This document shows, one piece after another, positions 63,172-64,000 of a stretch of DNA of 64,000 nt (position 1 is the stretch's first letter; each line of letters begins with the position of its first letter). The notes beneath the pieces were generated by a model that did no database searches, had not been told where the DNA came from, and saw only the letters and a list, made by a program, of their open reading frames with translations. The DNA is taken from assembly GCF_009834535.1 (NCBI RefSeq), contig NC_045710.1:21700001-21764000 (forward strand), written 5' to 3'. The translations under genes and the position numbers were made by a program. Origin of the DNA: Camelus ferus (lineage: Eukaryota).

Positions 63172-64000
63172 AGGAACACTTAGCTCCTGAAAAAACAAGT
63201 CCCCCAGGGTTTCTCACTCCCCTAGGGTCCCAGGTAAATTCTCTCTGGTCCTTGGTGGAACAGCTATGCAAAGGCATCACGACTCCCCCACATGGAGCTC
63301 CAGAGCTCCCACCGGACCCTTCATTCCTGCTCTAGTGGTCTCCATCCCTCAAGATGTTGCTGGGTATGGGAAGCCTTTGGTCCCTACATACAGATGAAAG
63401 TTCTTTAGGAGTATCTTTAGGGGTTGTTCTTATTTCTCCCATGGGTGGTGCGTACCTAGGACCTTCCACATGCATACAAGAAAAGTTCATTCATTTCATG
63501 CAATGCATGTCGCAGGGCTTTAAGGCTTGATTCTCTTGCACAAGTGCAGTTAAGAAAGGTTGACCTAGATAGCATCACAGACGTTCCTCCATTCCTTGAA
63601 CACAAGGCCATTTGGCAAAGGACCTGGTCTCGGGGTGGGTCTATTTAGGCCAAAAATACATTCACTTGTACCATCACCATGTTCTTGGTTCAGTCTATCT
63701 GCAATTCACTTCCTGCTCCTCAGAGGACCTTTTGGACTTCTTAGCCACCTACTTCCAGTAGCATCAGATTTCTAAGAAAACCTCCATCTTGACAATTTTA
63801 GAGTACTTCCACTATGATTATTCATTGCAGGCTGTATATTAAAATAATGACCCCAGAACTCAGCTCTGCAAGCTCATTTTACTGGCAATTTAAGGATGCC
63901 CCAACAAGTCTTTGCTGATAAACTGGGAAGCTAACTGGGGAAGGCAGATACTATGATGTAAGGCGCCATGTCGTCTGGAGTCCCCTAAAGCCTCAGGCTT

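Noticed and set aside
1-64000. CRISPR arrays, prokaryotic systems, endogenous viral ORFs, tRNA/rRNA/snoRNA genes
   Set aside because: Mammalian intronic and intergenic DNA; no regularly spaced repeats, gag/pol/env-like ORFs or structured RNA genes recognised

Overview
Placental-mammal genomic DNA, not prokaryotic. The window holds the 3' part of GALNT14 (polypeptide N-acetylgalactosaminyltransferase 14) on the minus strand: 13 coding exons (orthologous exons 3-15, 55316 down to stop at 10938). All have canonical GT-AG sites and splice into one open frame, followed by a 3' UTR with an AATAAA signal at 10565-10570. Exons 1-2 lie beyond position 64000. Positions 1-10.5 kb appear intergenic and contain a 208-N gap. 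Repeats are ancient mammalian classes only (MIR, L2, MER5A, MER20, MLT1, MER21, one old L1 fragment); I recognised no order-specific young SINE. The most notable non-routine features are a ~700-bp inverted duplication inside intron 13 (about 14175-14860 vs 18452-19165) and a CpG island over internal exon 10. I found no convincing new gene or system. Most six-frame ORFs are chance ORFs in GC-rich intronic DNA. Repeat boundaries and subfamilies are by-eye estimates; exon numbers and human comparisons are from memory.
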